A stretch of DNA of 64,000 nt from Eledone cirrhosa (Eukaryota). Numbering within the stretch: the stretch's first letter is position 1; each line of letters begins with the position of its first letter. Location of the stretch: contig OZ024765.1 in NCBI GenBank assembly GCA_964016885.1, positions 18,724,001 to 18,788,000 of the forward strand. Direction: 5' to 3'. Below, piece after piece: positions 1 through 15,185 of this stretch. A program made the translations under genes and the position numbers. A model generated the notes under the pieces. The model was not told the DNA's origin. It saw nothing but the letters and a program-made list of their open reading frames with translations, and did not search any database.

Positions 1-4
1 TATG

Positions 5-90
<86 letters not shown>

Positions 91-94
<4 letters not shown>

Positions 95-289
95 AACGAG
101 TAGGACCCCGACGGCTGAGCTCAAGCCGTTTCGACTGCTAATTCTGGATTCGAGTCCAGAATTAGCCGTCGTAACGGCTTGAGCTCAGCCGTCGGGGTCC
201 TACTCGTTCCTATTATCCACTCTACTACCCTAAGTATTGAGTACTTTGGTGCGTTATGGTCCACCTGGTTCCTTACCACATTTCCTTCG

Positions 290-291
<2 letters not shown>
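91..291 (+). mobile_element. Fold-back mini-element family A (Penelope-like pLTR derivative with 3' half of a hammerhead)
   Basis: ~120-bp palindrome centred near 151 plus an ~80-bp unique tail, flanked by (TA)n. Homologous copies at 13450, 19854, 24409, 29769, 42242 and 54289. Confidence 0.75.
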
Positions 292-328
<37 letters not shown>

Positions 329-414
329 TATATAAAAAGGAACGATCGACTGTCGTCAAATCGGACCGAGGAAACAATGTTTCTGTTGGTCTTTCCAATT
401 GCTAATACTATCTA

Positions 415-530
415 TCGGTCGCAACTCCAGGTAGAAGGAGCAACGTGAAATAAAGTGACGTGCTCAAGGACATAACGCATCGCCTGGTCTAGGAATCGAA
501 CTCACAACCTCACCATTGCAAATCCAATTC
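415..530 (-). mobile_element. tRNA-derived SINE fragment (octopus OR-like head)
   Basis: Minus strand has B-box GAGTTCGATTCC followed by gcgttatgtccttgagc, homologous to 39676-39790 and 53437-53515. Confidence 0.65.
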
Positions 531-1620
531 ATATGTATATATATATAATATATAGCTTTTCGCTAAGGCTTTATTTTCTAACTTTCCTACTTTGTTTTCT
601 ACATTCTCTTGTGTGTTCTACCATTCTTTACCTTTAAAGCTATATATATATATATACATACGAAAGGAGCTGTGTGGTTACTAAAAACAAGGTTTAGATG
701 GTGGTTAGGACGGAACAGGCGAGAGAGGAAGAAAGAAGTTCCCATCGATATATAGTTATTCACATATTATCAACACACATACATGAAAGTATTCACATTC
801 CTAGCATTTACCTACTACTTTACTTTACCAATAATATCCCGTCGTCATTTTAGGAATTTATTAAACAAATTATCGTCTCCATTACGTAAACGACCGAGTG
901 CGGTATTTGTTTAAATTCAAAACGAATTCCAAAAAACAGTGTCTGAAAGACTGATGACAAATAAAATGGATGAGATGTGTTTGACAAATAACTATCAAAA
1001 CTGTGGCAGAGTTTGTCAGATATTTGACGTCTATCAAATTAGATCTTTCGGTATTATAGTTGGTATTTACTCTACTGAAATTCATGTTTGCATGTGTATA
1101 TATACACACATACACACACATACACATATATACAGATGTATAGACATACACACGCACATATGCATATTTATACGTGTTGGTGTGCCGTGGTGGGGTGTCT
1201 GTGTGGATTGATTACAAACAAATTTGTATTAGAATGTTTATCTTGAAACATATTTTTAATCTTCCTTTCGTTAAATTTGGTATCAGCTTGTTTGCGTGTG
1301 TTTATTTTTGTATGAGTGTGGATGTACATATACATGTGTATGTTTAAGTGTGTATACATATATATATATATACGTATATATTTAGAAACATGCACCAAAG
1401 CACGTCGACTAACACGGACACAGAGGCAGACTAACACATCTAAACACACACAAATATATATATATACATGTGTGTATATATATATAGTGTATATACATAT
1501 ATATACGTTCGTGAATAACTATATATTTACGTTCCATGTGTGTGCATATGTATATATATATTTATGTATATAGTATAAAATATATATATATTATATATAT
1601 ATATATATATATGTTTATAC

Positions 1621-1673
<53 letters not shown>

Positions 1674-1681
1674 TATAAATA

Positions 1682-1789
<108 letters not shown>

Positions 1790-2106
1790 TGGGGAGAAGG
1801 AGAGAGAGAGATAAATGCTCATAAACATGTAAGTTTGGTTTTATGTATGCATATACATATATACATATATATTACTTGCAGAAATACTTTAGAGGAAGTT
1901 GTCTTTACGTATTCGTGTGGTTTTCTTTATTGGTTGTGCTTTGTTCAACAATTTACTGCAGACTGTTTTAGTTTTTCTTTTTATTTCTTCTAACAGCCTC
2001 ACACTACATGTCGTTCACGCTCGTTTCATTTTCTATTGTAATAAATTTTGATGATCTTACTCTACTTCTTCTTGTATTATATATTGGTGCTATTATACAC
2101 AGTTAC

Positions 2107-2167
<61 letters not shown>

Positions 2168-2189
2168 TATATATATATGTATACATATA

Positions 2190-2238
<49 letters not shown>

Positions 2239-2245
2239 ACATATA

Positions 2246-2350
<105 letters not shown>

Positions 2351-2351
2351 C

Positions 2352-2428
<77 letters not shown>

Positions 2429-2624
2429 GGCGAGAGAGAGTGAGAGAGAGGAGAGACACACACACACAGATATACATATACATATATTTATATATATATG
2501 TATTTTCATATATATATATATATATTTACATAAACATACATATATATATATATATATACATACACACACATATATCTGAGTATGTGTATATATATATATA
2601 TCAGTGTATGTGTATATATGTATA

Positions 2625-2658
<34 letters not shown>

Positions 2659-2759
2659 ATATATATATACATATGCATATATACACATACACAGATATAT
2701 ATATATATTTATATATATATAGAATGTTATTACAGTTGTTGTGGTTATTATTTTAAACA

Positions 2760-4280
2760 TTTGTCGATGTTGCAGTTCTTGGTGTTGTTGATGTTGTTGT
2801 TGCAGTGGTGATGGTGGTAGGTGGTTTGTATGTGATGGACTTTCTGTCGGGAGGGAAGGTGTTTATTGTCGTTTTTTTTCTGTTCCTAATGTAAGTAGTG
2901 TTGGCTGGCTGTTATTTTTTCTGCGCTTGTTGTTGTTATTGTTGTTGTTATTCCTAATTATAGCTCTGGTAGTTTTTCTCATTGTTATTTTTGCTGTTGC
3001 TAGTGGTGATTGTGGTGTTGTTACTAGTGTTTCTTTTTTTTCTGCTGGTGTTGTTGTGGCTGTTGTAGTTGTTGGTAGTTTTGTTGTTCCTCTTTTTTGC
3101 TGCTGCTGTTGTTGTTGTTGTTGTTGTGCTTGTTGGTATTCTTGTTATGCTGTCTATCTCTTCTGTTATTGCTGCTATTGTTGTTGTTGTTAGCTGTGGT
3201 CCATGTTGTAGTTTCTGGTGCGGATGTTGGTATAGTTGTTAAGGCGTTGCCTCTATTATTGCCGTTGTTGTTGTGGTTGATATTGTTGGTGTTATTGTTG
3301 TAGTTATTTTAGTTGATATCGTGGTTGTTATTCCTATTATTGTTGTAGTTGATATCGTGGTTGTTATTGCTGTTGTTGTTGTGGTTGTTATCGTGGTTGT
3401 TACTGCTATTTTTTGTTGTAGTTGATATCGTGGTTGTTATTGTTGTTGTTGTGGTTGATATCGTGTTTGTTATTGCTGTTGTTATTGTGGTCAGTATTGT
3501 GTCTGTTCATACTGTTGTTATGGTGTTGTTCCTGCTATTGCTGTTGTTGTTGTGGTTGTTATAGCTGTTGTTGTTGTTGTCTTTATTAATAGTGGTGACT
3601 ATAGAGTTGTTTCAATTGTTACTGTAGGTGTTGCTGATCTTGGTGGTGTTGTTACTGATGGTGGTAGTGGTGGTAGTGGCAGAGGTGATGCTGGTGGTGT
3701 TGGCGGCGGTGATAGTGATGATGGTGGCAGAGGTCATGGTGGTGGTGGTTGTGGTGGCAAAGGTGGTGGCAGAGGTGATGTTGGCGGTGGTTTTATTGGT
3801 GCAATTCCTGTTTATTTTTTTGCATTGAATGTTCCGTTGGTGTTTGTGTTGTTTTTATTATTGCTGTTATTGGTGGTGGTGATGATGATGGTTGTGGAGA
3901 TGTTGATCATGATGATAGTTATAATGTCTGGCTTGTTCTTCTGTTACTATTGTTGCTGTTGTTGTTGATGTGGAGGCTATGGAGGTGTCGGTCTTTATGG
4001 CGATGATGCCGTTCGAGTATTTTATTTTTTTCTCTATTACTGCTGTATTTGTTGTGATTATGGGGCGGTAGAGGTAATGCTGGTGGGAGGGAGTGATGAT
4101 GGGGTCTGATTGTGGTGGTGGTAATGAAGGTGGGAGTGATGATGGTGGTAGTGGTTGTGCTGGTGGTAGTGGGGGTAGTGGTGCTGCTGTTGGTGTTGAC
4201 GGTGGTGGTTGCGTCGTTCGAGGTTTATTCCCTATTGTTTTTACTGTTCATGTTGTTTTTGTTGTAGTGGTTGTGTAAAT
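2760..4280. repeat. Degenerate (GTT/GGT/GCT)n low-complexity tract
   Basis: Trinucleotide-rich run giving only poly-L/V/G/C pseudo-ORFs. Confidence 0.85.
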
Positions 4281-4529
4281 TGTTGATTTAAATGTTACAG
4301 ATACCGATTCCACTTCACATCGTATAAATCCAGCTAAAAACAAACAAACAACAACAGCAACAACAGTAACACAATGAAAGTAAGGAAGCAACTCACACAA
4401 AACTAAAATGTACAAATAATATTTAAATCTAATTAATTCGTTTTATACCAAGCAGGACAATCCAATTACATTTTTACCGAGAATAGAACTGGAAATAAAC
4501 GTGCTGATGTGTGACAGTTTAGGTATGCA

Positions 4530-4635
4530 TATATCTACACACACAATATACGTATATCTACACACGCATTATACGTATATCTACACACACACATTATACG
4601 TATATCTGCGCACACATTACGCATATATCTACACA
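4530..4635. repeat. ~22-bp minisatellite (atatctacacac..attatacgt)
   Basis: Four to five imperfect tandem units read directly. Confidence 0.7.
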
Positions 4636-4678
4636 TGAACATAGATATACACAGTAATGCACGCACACACATGCATAC

Positions 4679-4711
<33 letters not shown>

Positions 4712-4775
4712 AGTACGTGTGCGTGTGTGTATGTGAGTGTGTGCGTGTGTATGCATATATATGTATATATCTGTT

Positions 4776-4809
<34 letters not shown>

Positions 4810-4839
4810 ATATATATGTACATGTATATATATATATAT

Positions 4840-4879
<40 letters not shown>

Positions 4880-4921
4880 ATATATATATATATATATACA
4901 TGTATATATATATATATATAT

Positions 4922-4959
<38 letters not shown>

Positions 4960-4964
4960 CTGTT

Positions 4965-5044
<80 letters not shown>

Positions 5045-5057
<13 letters not shown>

Positions 5058-5308
5058 ATGTTTATATATATTTATCCATCTATATATCTATCCATCTATA
5101 TATATATATCTATCTATATGTATATATATTTTATTACATTCATACACACACACACGCACACATAAATATGTATATATTGTATATGTCGTCTGTGACACTC
5201 GAACAAGCAAGTATAAAGAATGATTCGATGCATAATAGGATGTGCAGAGTGGTAATATTTGTGGCAGTAGACGATCTACCTTGAGCTCGTTGGATAGGCT
5301 AGTTAATA

Positions 5309-5394
<86 letters not shown>

Positions 5395-5648
5395 TATTAA
5401 CTAGCCTATCCAACGAGCTCAAGGTAGATCGTCTACTGCCACAAATATTACCACTCTGCACATCCTATTATGCATCGAATCATTCTTTATACTTGCTTGT
5501 TCGAGTGTCACAGACGACATATACAATATATACATATTTATGTGTGCGTGTGTGTGTGTATGAATGTAATAAAATATATATACATATAGATAGATATATA
5601 TATATAGATGGATAGATATATACATGGATAAATATATATAAACATACG

Positions 5649-5655
<7 letters not shown>
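5045..5655. repeat. Large inverted repeat (~260-bp arms) around a central (TA)n
   Basis: 5045-5309 is the near-perfect reverse complement of 5393-5655. The same pseudo-ORF tail appears on both strands in the ORF track. Confidence 0.9.
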
Positions 5656-5713
<58 letters not shown>

Positions 5714-5729
5714 GTATGTGTATATATAT

Positions 5730-5761
<32 letters not shown>

Positions 5762-5774
5762 GTATGTGTATATA

Positions 5775-5943
<169 letters not shown>

Positions 5944-6021
5944 AAATATATATATATATGAAAAATGGCGTAGGATAGAAGAAAGAAAAGGCACAGAAAC
6001 GAAGAGAAGAAAGGAATCCCC

Positions 6022-6066
6022 AGTCACTGAAGAGGTCACAGAGTGTGTGACGAAAGGACTATGACT
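6022..6066 (+). ncRNA. Type I hammerhead ribozyme (minimal stem III)
   Basis: agtca-CTGAAGA-g-gtcaca(gagtg)tgtgac-GAAA-ggac-TA-tgact, with perfect stems I and II. Diverged homologue on the minus strand at 53705-53750. Confidence 0.75.
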
Positions 6067-6179
6067 ATATATATAAACAACTATCTGGTTGTGGAACCAA
6101 CCAACCAGAAATTTATAAGTTTGTAGATTTGTAAATTTATAAATTTATAAATATATAATAAATTGAAGTGAAACAACTG

Positions 6180-6283
6180 GTGCGTGTGTTTCTTATTGGC
6201 AACATGACCCTCCCAAAGTATAACAATATCGGTTTCAACACACGATTTCAGATAAAGAATCTTGCTAAACAAATTCAGAAACG

Positions 6284-6290
<7 letters not shown>
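6180..6290 (-). mobile_element. Dispersed (TA)n-associated repeat family B (gaccctccc motif)
   Basis: Homologous segments at 23220-23565, 24060-24190, 42633-42800 and 49160-49222, several with local fold-back. Confidence 0.65.
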
Positions 6291-6326
<36 letters not shown>

Positions 6327-6395
6327 CTCCTGATTATTAGTGGAATTCTATAAGAATCCAGCTTCTATAATTTTCGACGGAAGAGGGCTGTACGT

Positions 6396-6436
6396 AGCTC
6401 TGATGATTGCCAACAGCATGAAACAGACTGTCAGCT
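6396..6436 (+). ncRNA. Type I hammerhead ribozyme
   Basis: agct-CTGATGA-ttgc(caaca)gcat-GAAA-cagactg-TC-agct, inside repeat 6322-6590 that has a second copy at 20135-20520. Confidence 0.8.
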
Positions 6437-6590
6437 TCTCTGCATTCTTTCGCCGAAAAGAAGTAAGTGACATAGTCACTACTTTAAAACTGATAGCGGA
6501 TGGTCTTCAATATGCTTTTAATTAAACATACGGTATATTGCCAAATATACTATTCATACATTCATGTATACATTCAGAGCACCAATCCTA

Positions 6591-6634
<44 letters not shown>

Positions 6635-6675
6635 GTACACACATATATGTATATATATATATGCATATAAATATA

Positions 6676-6737
<62 letters not shown>

Positions 6738-6796
6738 TATATATATATACATATATATATATATATGCATATATATATATACATATATATATATGC

Positions 6797-6950
<154 letters not shown>

Positions 6951-7199
6951 CGAGAGGGAGAGCGAGAGAGGGGAGGGACTAAGGCATCAAGATGACATTT
7001 GGAAGTCAATGACAATGAAAAAACATGATCTTTACACTCTACACAACAATATTGAATGCCGAGTCACTTAAGATTTGCATGATATATTTTAAATGGCGTT
7101 TAAAGACAAACACATTCAAATCACTCACCCCCCCCTTCTCTGTGTGTCCCTCTATCTTTAAATGTATATACATATACATACATACATACATACATAGAT

Positions 7200-7262
<63 letters not shown>

Positions 7263-7385
7263 GGTGTTGAGTTTTATTGTAGTACAATAAAGCAATGCAG
7301 ATATCGGATAAGAAGCACTCTACAGTTTGTAGGACTGGAGTATACATAATATATAAGATCAAAAGATGGTTAAATGAGTTCCATG

Positions 7386-7456
7386 TATTTTATTATGCGC
7401 ATTTCAAAAACAAATATCATCATGCAATAACATTTGTGTTTTCATCAGATAAAATA
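7386..7456 (-). ncRNA. Type I hammerhead ribozyme (mirror of 7581-7651)
   Basis: Reverse complement reads tattttat-CTGATGA-stem II-GAAA-tgcgca-TA-ataaaata. Confidence 0.85.
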
Positions 7457-7580
7457 GGAGGACATGATATGAAGGTTAAAAACACTTGTGGACAGTGCAG
7501 TTTTAAATCAACATATGTTGATATGTTGATTTAAAACTGCACTATCCACAAGTGTTTTTAACCTTCATATCATGTCCTCC

Positions 7581-7651
7581 TATTTTATCTGATGAAAACA
7601 CAAATGTTATTGCATGATGATATTTGTTTTTGAAATGCGCATAATAAAATA
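7581..7651 (+). ncRNA. Type I hammerhead ribozyme with palindromic stem III
   Basis: tattttat-CTGATGA-aaacacaaatgttat...atatttgttttt-GAAA-tgcgca-TA-ataaaata, with a perfect 8-bp stem I. Confidence 0.85.
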
Positions 7652-7679
7652 CATGGAACTCATTTAACCATCTTTTGAT

Positions 7680-7729
<50 letters not shown>

Positions 7730-7740
7730 CGTATGGCCTT

Positions 7741-7821
7741 ACACACGCTGATGAACCGAGACTAGACCATTTCTTTCAACAAATATTTTGGTGAAACATA
7801 TCTTTGGATTTGTACGTGTGT
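7741..7821 (+). ncRNA. Type I hammerhead ribozyme (full three-stem fold)
   Basis: acacacg-CTGATGA-accgag...tttggt-GAAA-catatc(tttg)gatttg-TA-cgtgtgt, with a perfect 7-bp stem I and a GUA cleavage triplet. Confidence 0.85.
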
Positions 7822-8259
7822 TATATAGTTATAGAGGTATTTATTTACGCTTTAATTTATATTTTTAATTATCGTGTCTATAGTCTGCCTTTCATTGGTT
7901 ATAGATTCCATACACTGGTGGTTTTTTCCCCTGTATTATTGATAGCGCACTGTATATCTCTCTCTGGTGTGTTACCTTCTCAATATATTGTATATATATG
8001 TATATATGTATATGTATATACATATATGTATATACATATACGTATGTGTGTGCGTTTGTTTGTGTGTGTGTGTTATTGCATCCCTTAGTTTATTCGTTTC
8101 TTGTTTTCTTGATATATATATATATATAATTTGAAATTATTAGGAAATTATTATTTTCGATAAATTTAATTAAATGGTTTTCGAGACACAAATAAGCAAA
8201 TATTATTATTATCATTATTATCATTATCATCATCATTATTATCATCATCGTCGTCATCA

Positions 8260-8294
<35 letters not shown>

Positions 8295-8459
8295 ATTATT
8301 ATCAATTTATTTCTCTATTCTTTACCATATATTTATTAACGTAAATTATAAATAAAGAAATGGCACGAAGTCAGAACAATATGGCTTTGTCACTTTATAT
8401 CTTCTCTGGAAATATATGAGACGAATAATGACAGTTCAGGTGAAGTTGCGAGACTGGGT

Positions 8460-8518
<59 letters not shown>

Positions 8519-8767
8519 ATGTATATATATCTAGGTGTGTGTGTGTGTGTATGTATATATATCTGTGTGTGTGTGTGTGTGTAAATATATGTAGAACAAC
8601 TGATGTTATTACATGGAGCTGTTTATCTTACTGGTAATAAGGTAGTAAGAAATTACTGACTTTCACTGTTTAGGGTTTAAAATATATATAACTATAAAAA
8701 GTTTTCGTATATACATAACCATAAATAGTATCTTTAATAGTATATGTATATATATATTTATATATAT

Positions 8768-9555
8768 ATGAGAGGGATGAACACCGATACAAGTATTACA
8801 TGTGTTCGAATTGCAAATGACCAAGTTAGCTAGGTTGAAAAATACTAATTTAAAAATAATATGGTTTGCCTGTCTCGATTTAAATTAATAAATCAATAAG
8901 CATAACAAACCTATATTGGGCAACCGCCGTTTGAAGCCCGGACAGATCTAAATCTGTTTCGCAACAATTATTACGTGAACGTGACCATACCTGTGCTCTT
9001 CTGCGGGTATCCAGGAAATTCGTACCTTTCACTTCAAAAGATCTAAGATGACTGAACTATATGTTGGTAAACGCGTATGTTACAGCGCCCAGGGCGTCTC
9101 ATACTCGTGCCGCTAAAAATAGTACCCGGTTTTATGGGACTAAAGTTAGCTCTACGTATGGAACCCAGAATATCATATATTGAGTTGGAAACTCAAAATA
9201 GTCTTTTACAATTAAATAGCTCAAGGAAGGGAATCTTTCCGAGCCGTGTACTACACTTGAATATATGAGAGGGATGAACAGAGAAACAAGTATACATGTG
9301 TTTGAATTGAAACACTTAATAATTATTGCGAAACAGATTTAGATCTGTCCGGGTATCAAACGGCGATTGCCCAATATAGGTTTGTTATGTTTATTGATGT
9401 ATTACTTTAAATCGAGACAGGCAAACCATATTGTTTTAAATTAGTATTTTTCAACCTAGCTAACTTGGTAATTTGCAATTCGAACACATGTCTACTTGTA
9501 TCGGTGTTCATCACTCTCATATATTCAATTGTATTACACGGCTAGCAAAGATTCA
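8768..9555 (-). mobile_element. Penelope-like remnant with ~205-bp inverted arms and a hammerhead with one core substitution
   Basis: 8768-8972 is inverted relative to 9317-9523. Minus strand 9011-8933 reads acccg-CAGAAGA-gca..tgc-GAAA-cagat(ttag)atctg-TC-cggg. Confidence 0.65.
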
Positions 9556-10177
9556 TGCTTTATTGCATTATATATATTTCTGTTCTATGGTTATGTTTGT
9601 GACCTCAGCAGATGCTTACGCATTCATAGGTAGGGGTTAGACAATCATTGGGATATGGTGCCGGTCATGTATAGCCATCCTGCATAACCAGTTTATCTTC
9701 TGTAATATATATATTCTGGGTTATCCGACGCTGGTCAAAATAAATGAGTGGCTTAATCCAAATGTTTTAGGTAGAAATCCAGGTCCTATTTATAAGAAGA
9801 TTTGTGGGTTGCTTGTATCTTTAGCGCTTCGGACTAATTATATTTCGTCATTTTGTTACGGCACTTGAGTTCAATTCGTGCGGTTGTAGAGTTAGATATT
9901 ACGTGTCTCATCATTCTAGTTTCAATAAAGTACCAGTCAAATATCGGTGTCAATATCATCGACTTTTCCTATTCTTTAGATGGCTGACTTTGTGTCCAAT
10001 GTAGAGAAAAGCTATTTCTCCAGTGACATTGCAGCACGTTCACATCAAAATATACTGAATGGCGTTCTCATTTTAAATCTGACCGGGGGAAAAATTGAAT
10101 TGGCAGACGATAGGGCATGGAGCATTTGAAATGTTTATTGTTTCCGCTGTGACCTTTTGTAACATATTGTATTATTA

Positions 10178-10244
<67 letters not shown>

Positions 10245-10254
10245 AACATATATA

Positions 10255-10301
<47 letters not shown>

Positions 10302-10319
10302 AAATATATATATATATAA

Positions 10320-10364
<45 letters not shown>

Positions 10365-10621
10365 TGTTTGTGTGTGTATATATATTATATTAATGTACGT
10401 ATGTATGCATATATGCATGTATGCATGCGTGCATGCAAATATGTATACATATACACATTTACATACACGCATGCATGCATACATGCATATATGCATACAT
10501 ATATATGGATGTATATACATGTGTGTATATACTGTTGTGTGATCGTTTCGGTGCTACGCTTACATTAGGAAATTATACAGGTATTTTTTCCACCATAATA
10601 CGACAAACACTCACATTCTTA

Positions 10622-10676
<55 letters not shown>

Positions 10677-10733
10677 GTCTTTATATATATGTATATATAT
10701 ATAAATGTATATATATATATATACATTAATGTT

Positions 10734-10814
<81 letters not shown>

Positions 10815-11073
10815 GTATATATATATAAATGTATATATATATAAATATATATATATAAATGTATATATATATATACATATATATGTGTGTATGTATATAC
10901 ATATATATATATCTATATCTATATATATATATAAATATATATCTATATATGTATATATATATATATAAATATCTATCTTTATATGTATATATATATATAT
11001 AAATATCTATCTTTATATGTATATACATATATATAAATATCTATCTTTATATGTATATATATATATATAAATA

Positions 11074-11134
<61 letters not shown>

Positions 11135-11467
11135 GTGTGTGTGTGTATATATATATATTTATATATGTATATATAAATATAAATGTTTATATATATATAT
11201 ATACATGAACATATGGATCATATGTATATACATATATATATATATATACATTGAGAGAGACAGAGAGAGAGAGTGAGAAATGGATGTTTTTATGCACACA
11301 TTTTTTTCAATAAAGACCAAGTATGAAACTCTATAGGTTTTTCTATTATCTTCGTATTGTAGGAAACCTGTGACAGGTTGACAAGTAAAATTATGAAATA
11401 CGACACCTCTTGCTCACCCCATCACATTCTTAGAGGTTGCACGCCTACCTCCATGGATCTATCTATA

Positions 11468-11528
<61 letters not shown>

Positions 11529-11542
11529 GTATATATCTTCAG

Positions 11543-11602
<60 letters not shown>

Positions 11603-11617
11603 GTATATATCTTCAGT

Positions 11618-11675
<58 letters not shown>

Positions 11676-11695
11676 TATATCTGTATATATATATA

Positions 11696-11726
<31 letters not shown>

Positions 11727-11765
11727 GTGTATATATATATATATATATGTGTATATATATATATA

Positions 11766-11897
<132 letters not shown>

Positions 11898-12094
11898 TAT
11901 AAATTTATATATATTGAGTTATATATATATATGGGAACATGTGCTTGCGTTGCAAGATTCTTATTACGTTGAACGACACGTGCTTATGTATGTATATCAA
12001 TATGGAGTTAATAACTCCATATTTTATGTGTATTGCGTCTCCCTATCTGGTGAGCTTATAAGATGAGTGTAGTTAGGCTATTATTTCTACCATA

Positions 12095-12202
12095 ACCCGT
12101 CGAGGTTAACTTTGCCTTTCATCCTTATGGGATCGATAAAATAAAGTACCAGTAATACACTGGGTAATTGCTGGCCTTGTGCCAAACGTAGAAACAATTA
12201 TT
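12095..12202 (+). mobile_element. Octopus OK-type SINE, 3' part
   Basis: gaggttaactttgcctttcatcc...gataaaataaagtaccagt...ggccttgtgcc...gaaacaatt core shared by more than 20 copies in the window. Confidence 0.8.
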
Positions 12203-12519
12203 TCTACCATAACCACTCACACCACGTATAGCTTTCAACCCACGAGGTATATTATATACTTCCGTGAGTTTCTTGTTAGATGTGTTTTTAATATAATCTC
12301 TCTCTGATGAAATGCCTAAGAATTATCTGTTACAAACACAATTTTCAGGGCGACACAGATTAAATCTTTAGTCTGGCCGAGAGACGAAATCGTTATTGAT
12401 ACGGTATGTATAGGAAATATTGTATCTTACTGTATGATTCAGTTTAAATATATAAAACATTTGTGGTAAAATCTACCCTCGTAATTTACTGTGTTTTTTT
12501 TCTACATATATTAATAATA

Positions 12520-13275
12520 TAATTGTTTCTACTTTTGGCACAAGGCCAGCTATTACCTCAGTCTATTACTGGTACTTTATTTTATCGACACTGTAGGGAA
12601 GAAAGGCAAAGGGGTCGGACACTATGCTTTCCAGCATAGTTACGTCCCTTTACGATCTGAGTTCAAATCCCGCCGAGGTTGACTTTGCCTTTCATCCTTA
12701 CGGGGTCGATAAAATAAAGTACCAGTAATGCACTGGGTAATTGCTGGCCTTGTGCCTAAAGTAGAAACAATTATTAATATAATTGTTTCTACTTTTGGCA
12801 CAAGGCCAGCTATTACCTCAGTGTATTACTGGTACTTTATTGTATCGACCCGGTATGGATGAAAGGCAAAGATAACATATATTATTAATATAATTGTTTC
12901 TACTTTTGGCACAAGGCCAGCTATTACCTCCGTGTGTTACTGGTACTTTATTTTATCGACCCCGTGGGGATGAAAGCCAAAGTTAACCTCGGTGGGATTT
13001 GAACTCAGAATGTCAGGGGCCGTAACTCTATGCGTCAAAGCATTGCGTCAGACCCTCTACTGATACTGCCAATCCACCATATATATATAATTGTTTCTAC
13101 TTTAGGCACAAGGCCAGCAATTACCCAGTGCATTACTGGTACTTTATTTTATCGACCCCGTAAAGATGAAAGGCAAAGTCAACCTCGGCGGGATTTGAAC
13201 TCAGATCGTAAAGGGATGTAACTATGCTGTAAAGCATGGCGTCCGACCCTCTACCGATACTGCCAATAATACCAC
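12520..13275. mobile_element. Cluster of five OK-type SINE copies/fragments in mixed orientation
   Basis: Repeated SINE core with B-box gagttcaaatcc and A-box-like tggcagtatcgg. Confidence 0.85.
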
Positions 13276-13408
13276 CATATATACTTAATATATATAAATA
13301 CAATTCCGGTACCTCAAATTAGTACCATTGAACAAGAATTGTATTATGGACACCCTATGTATTTCCGTGGGTACTTAGTACCTGTGAGGATATTAATCTC
13401 ATTTTATG

Positions 13409-13449
<41 letters not shown>

Positions 13450-13453
<4 letters not shown>

Positions 13454-13650
13454 AACGAGTAGGAGTCCGACGGCTGAGCTCAAGCCGTTTCGACGGCTAA
13501 TTCTGGATTCGAGTCCAGAATTAGCCGTCGAAACGGCTTGAGCTCAGCCGTCGGGGTCCTACTCGTTCCTATTACTCACTCTACTACCCTATGTATTGAG
13601 TACTTTGGTGCGTTATGGTCCACCTGGTTCCTTACCACATTTCCTTCGTT
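13450..13650 (+). mobile_element. Fold-back mini-element family A
   Basis: Palindrome centred near 13510. 13530-13560 reads GAAA-cggct(tgagctc)agccg-TC-ggggtcct, the 3' half of a hammerhead. Confidence 0.8.
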
Positions 13651-13685
13651 ATATATATATATATACATACACACACATATATATT

Positions 13686-13723
<38 letters not shown>

Positions 13724-13739
13724 TTATATATATATATAA

Positions 13740-13790
<51 letters not shown>

Positions 13791-13805
13791 ATATATATCT
13801 ATCTA

Positions 13806-13851
<46 letters not shown>

Positions 13852-14396
13852 ATAATAAAAATAAATACATATAATATTACATACATACATACATACATAC
13901 ATAATTATATATACACATATATATATATATATGTCACCAGGGCGGTTGCGTGATTTGAAATATGGAAATCTGTGAATCCCAAGTGCATAACATAAATGTA
14001 ACCGCAGTAGAAGCCTATAAATATTCTCCTATAATGTCGGAAACAATCTCACTAGAGACAGACACAGTTTCCAGTAGCCTCTCGGGAGGAAATATCTCCG
14101 CATCTTTTATATAAAGCCCAAATATCTGAAGGAGGGAATTTTCGGTTCTCTTGGCGCATAATGCACAGTTCTTCACGATTTTAGACTTAGACCTGTTTTA
14201 CCCAATTTTCTGTCCTATTATATATACCAGTAGACTTTTCTCACAGCTATATATATATATACCAGTACACACTGGAAGGTAATATCCGTAATGGTAGATC
14301 ACTCAGTCCATGGGTCGTGTTAGGTAGAAGTGTTAACACAACAGTGAGTTCACCATATCGACAACAATTGTTTCACCTTAACGGATCACCTGATTA

Positions 14397-14434
14397 CGAG
14401 CTGAAGATCCTCTAAAGTGAAACAATTGTTCTCG
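14397..14434 (+). ncRNA. Minimal hammerhead in fold-back element family D (14262-14468)
   Basis: cgag-CTGAAGA-tcctctaaagt-GAAA-caattg-TT-ctcg. Stem III is palindromic and stem II is weak. Homologue at 28818-28855. Confidence 0.6.
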
Positions 14435-14463
14435 ATATGGTGAACTAACTGTTGTGTTACCAC

Positions 14464-14541
<78 letters not shown>

Positions 14542-15056
14542 TAAATCTCCGAGGCATGAAGAGCTGAGGACTGTCGTAGTTTCTGTGGCAAACATTTGCA
14601 CCGAAGATATGTGTCGTCAGGTCCAAAAAGTGTGGTTGGTCCTACGCAAGCCTTCACCACTTAAAACAAAACTTTGTGTGGGTAGTTCAACATCAGTTCA
14701 CTTTCTCACATTTAACTTTTGTTGGACACTCATACGTCGCATATCGACGGGAGAGTCCATCGTATACAATAATACAAGAATGATTTTTTAAGTTTTTAAG
14801 CCTTCATTACATTTATTGATTGGTGACGCACGTCTCGCTATTGTTCAGATCAAGGTTCGATCTGTAACGATGTGGCCCGATTTTAGAATCAAAAGCCCGT
14901 CTGACATCTGCTGTTGTAATGACAGAATGAACGCAATGAAAGTTTAACAATTCATCCTTATATTATCATATTTACACCCTGTTGAGAGCTACACCTCGCT
15001 ACTGACGTGCATCTAAACATCTAGTGGTCACCTGGGTGAACCTTACACATCCTTGG

Positions 15057-15113
<57 letters not shown>

Positions 15114-15185
15114 AGCTCATATGTCCCAACTCTCTTATACCATCAACACTATAAACACAGAGCTGGCATATCTAAGAACTGACTA

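Larger units (their letters stand above)
7258..7685 (-). mobile_element. Palindromic hammerhead element family C, copy 1
   Basis: Arms 7352-7510 and 7520-7685 around the hairpin tcaacatatgttga, flanked by (TA)n. Other copies at 31943-32352 and 56750-57060. Confidence 0.8.

Noticed and set aside
9620-9699. Minus-strand exon bounded by AG and GT
   Set aside because: Stops in all three frames. Other splice-like sites (4300-4335, 36840) lack recognisable coding content.
12298-12385. Hammerhead candidate CTGATGA...GACA...GGC
   Set aside because: Both the GAAA box and the cleavage triplet are altered. Similar weak or half motifs near 1010-1055, 11360, 13360, 26820, 31800, 50895 and 51920 were not called.
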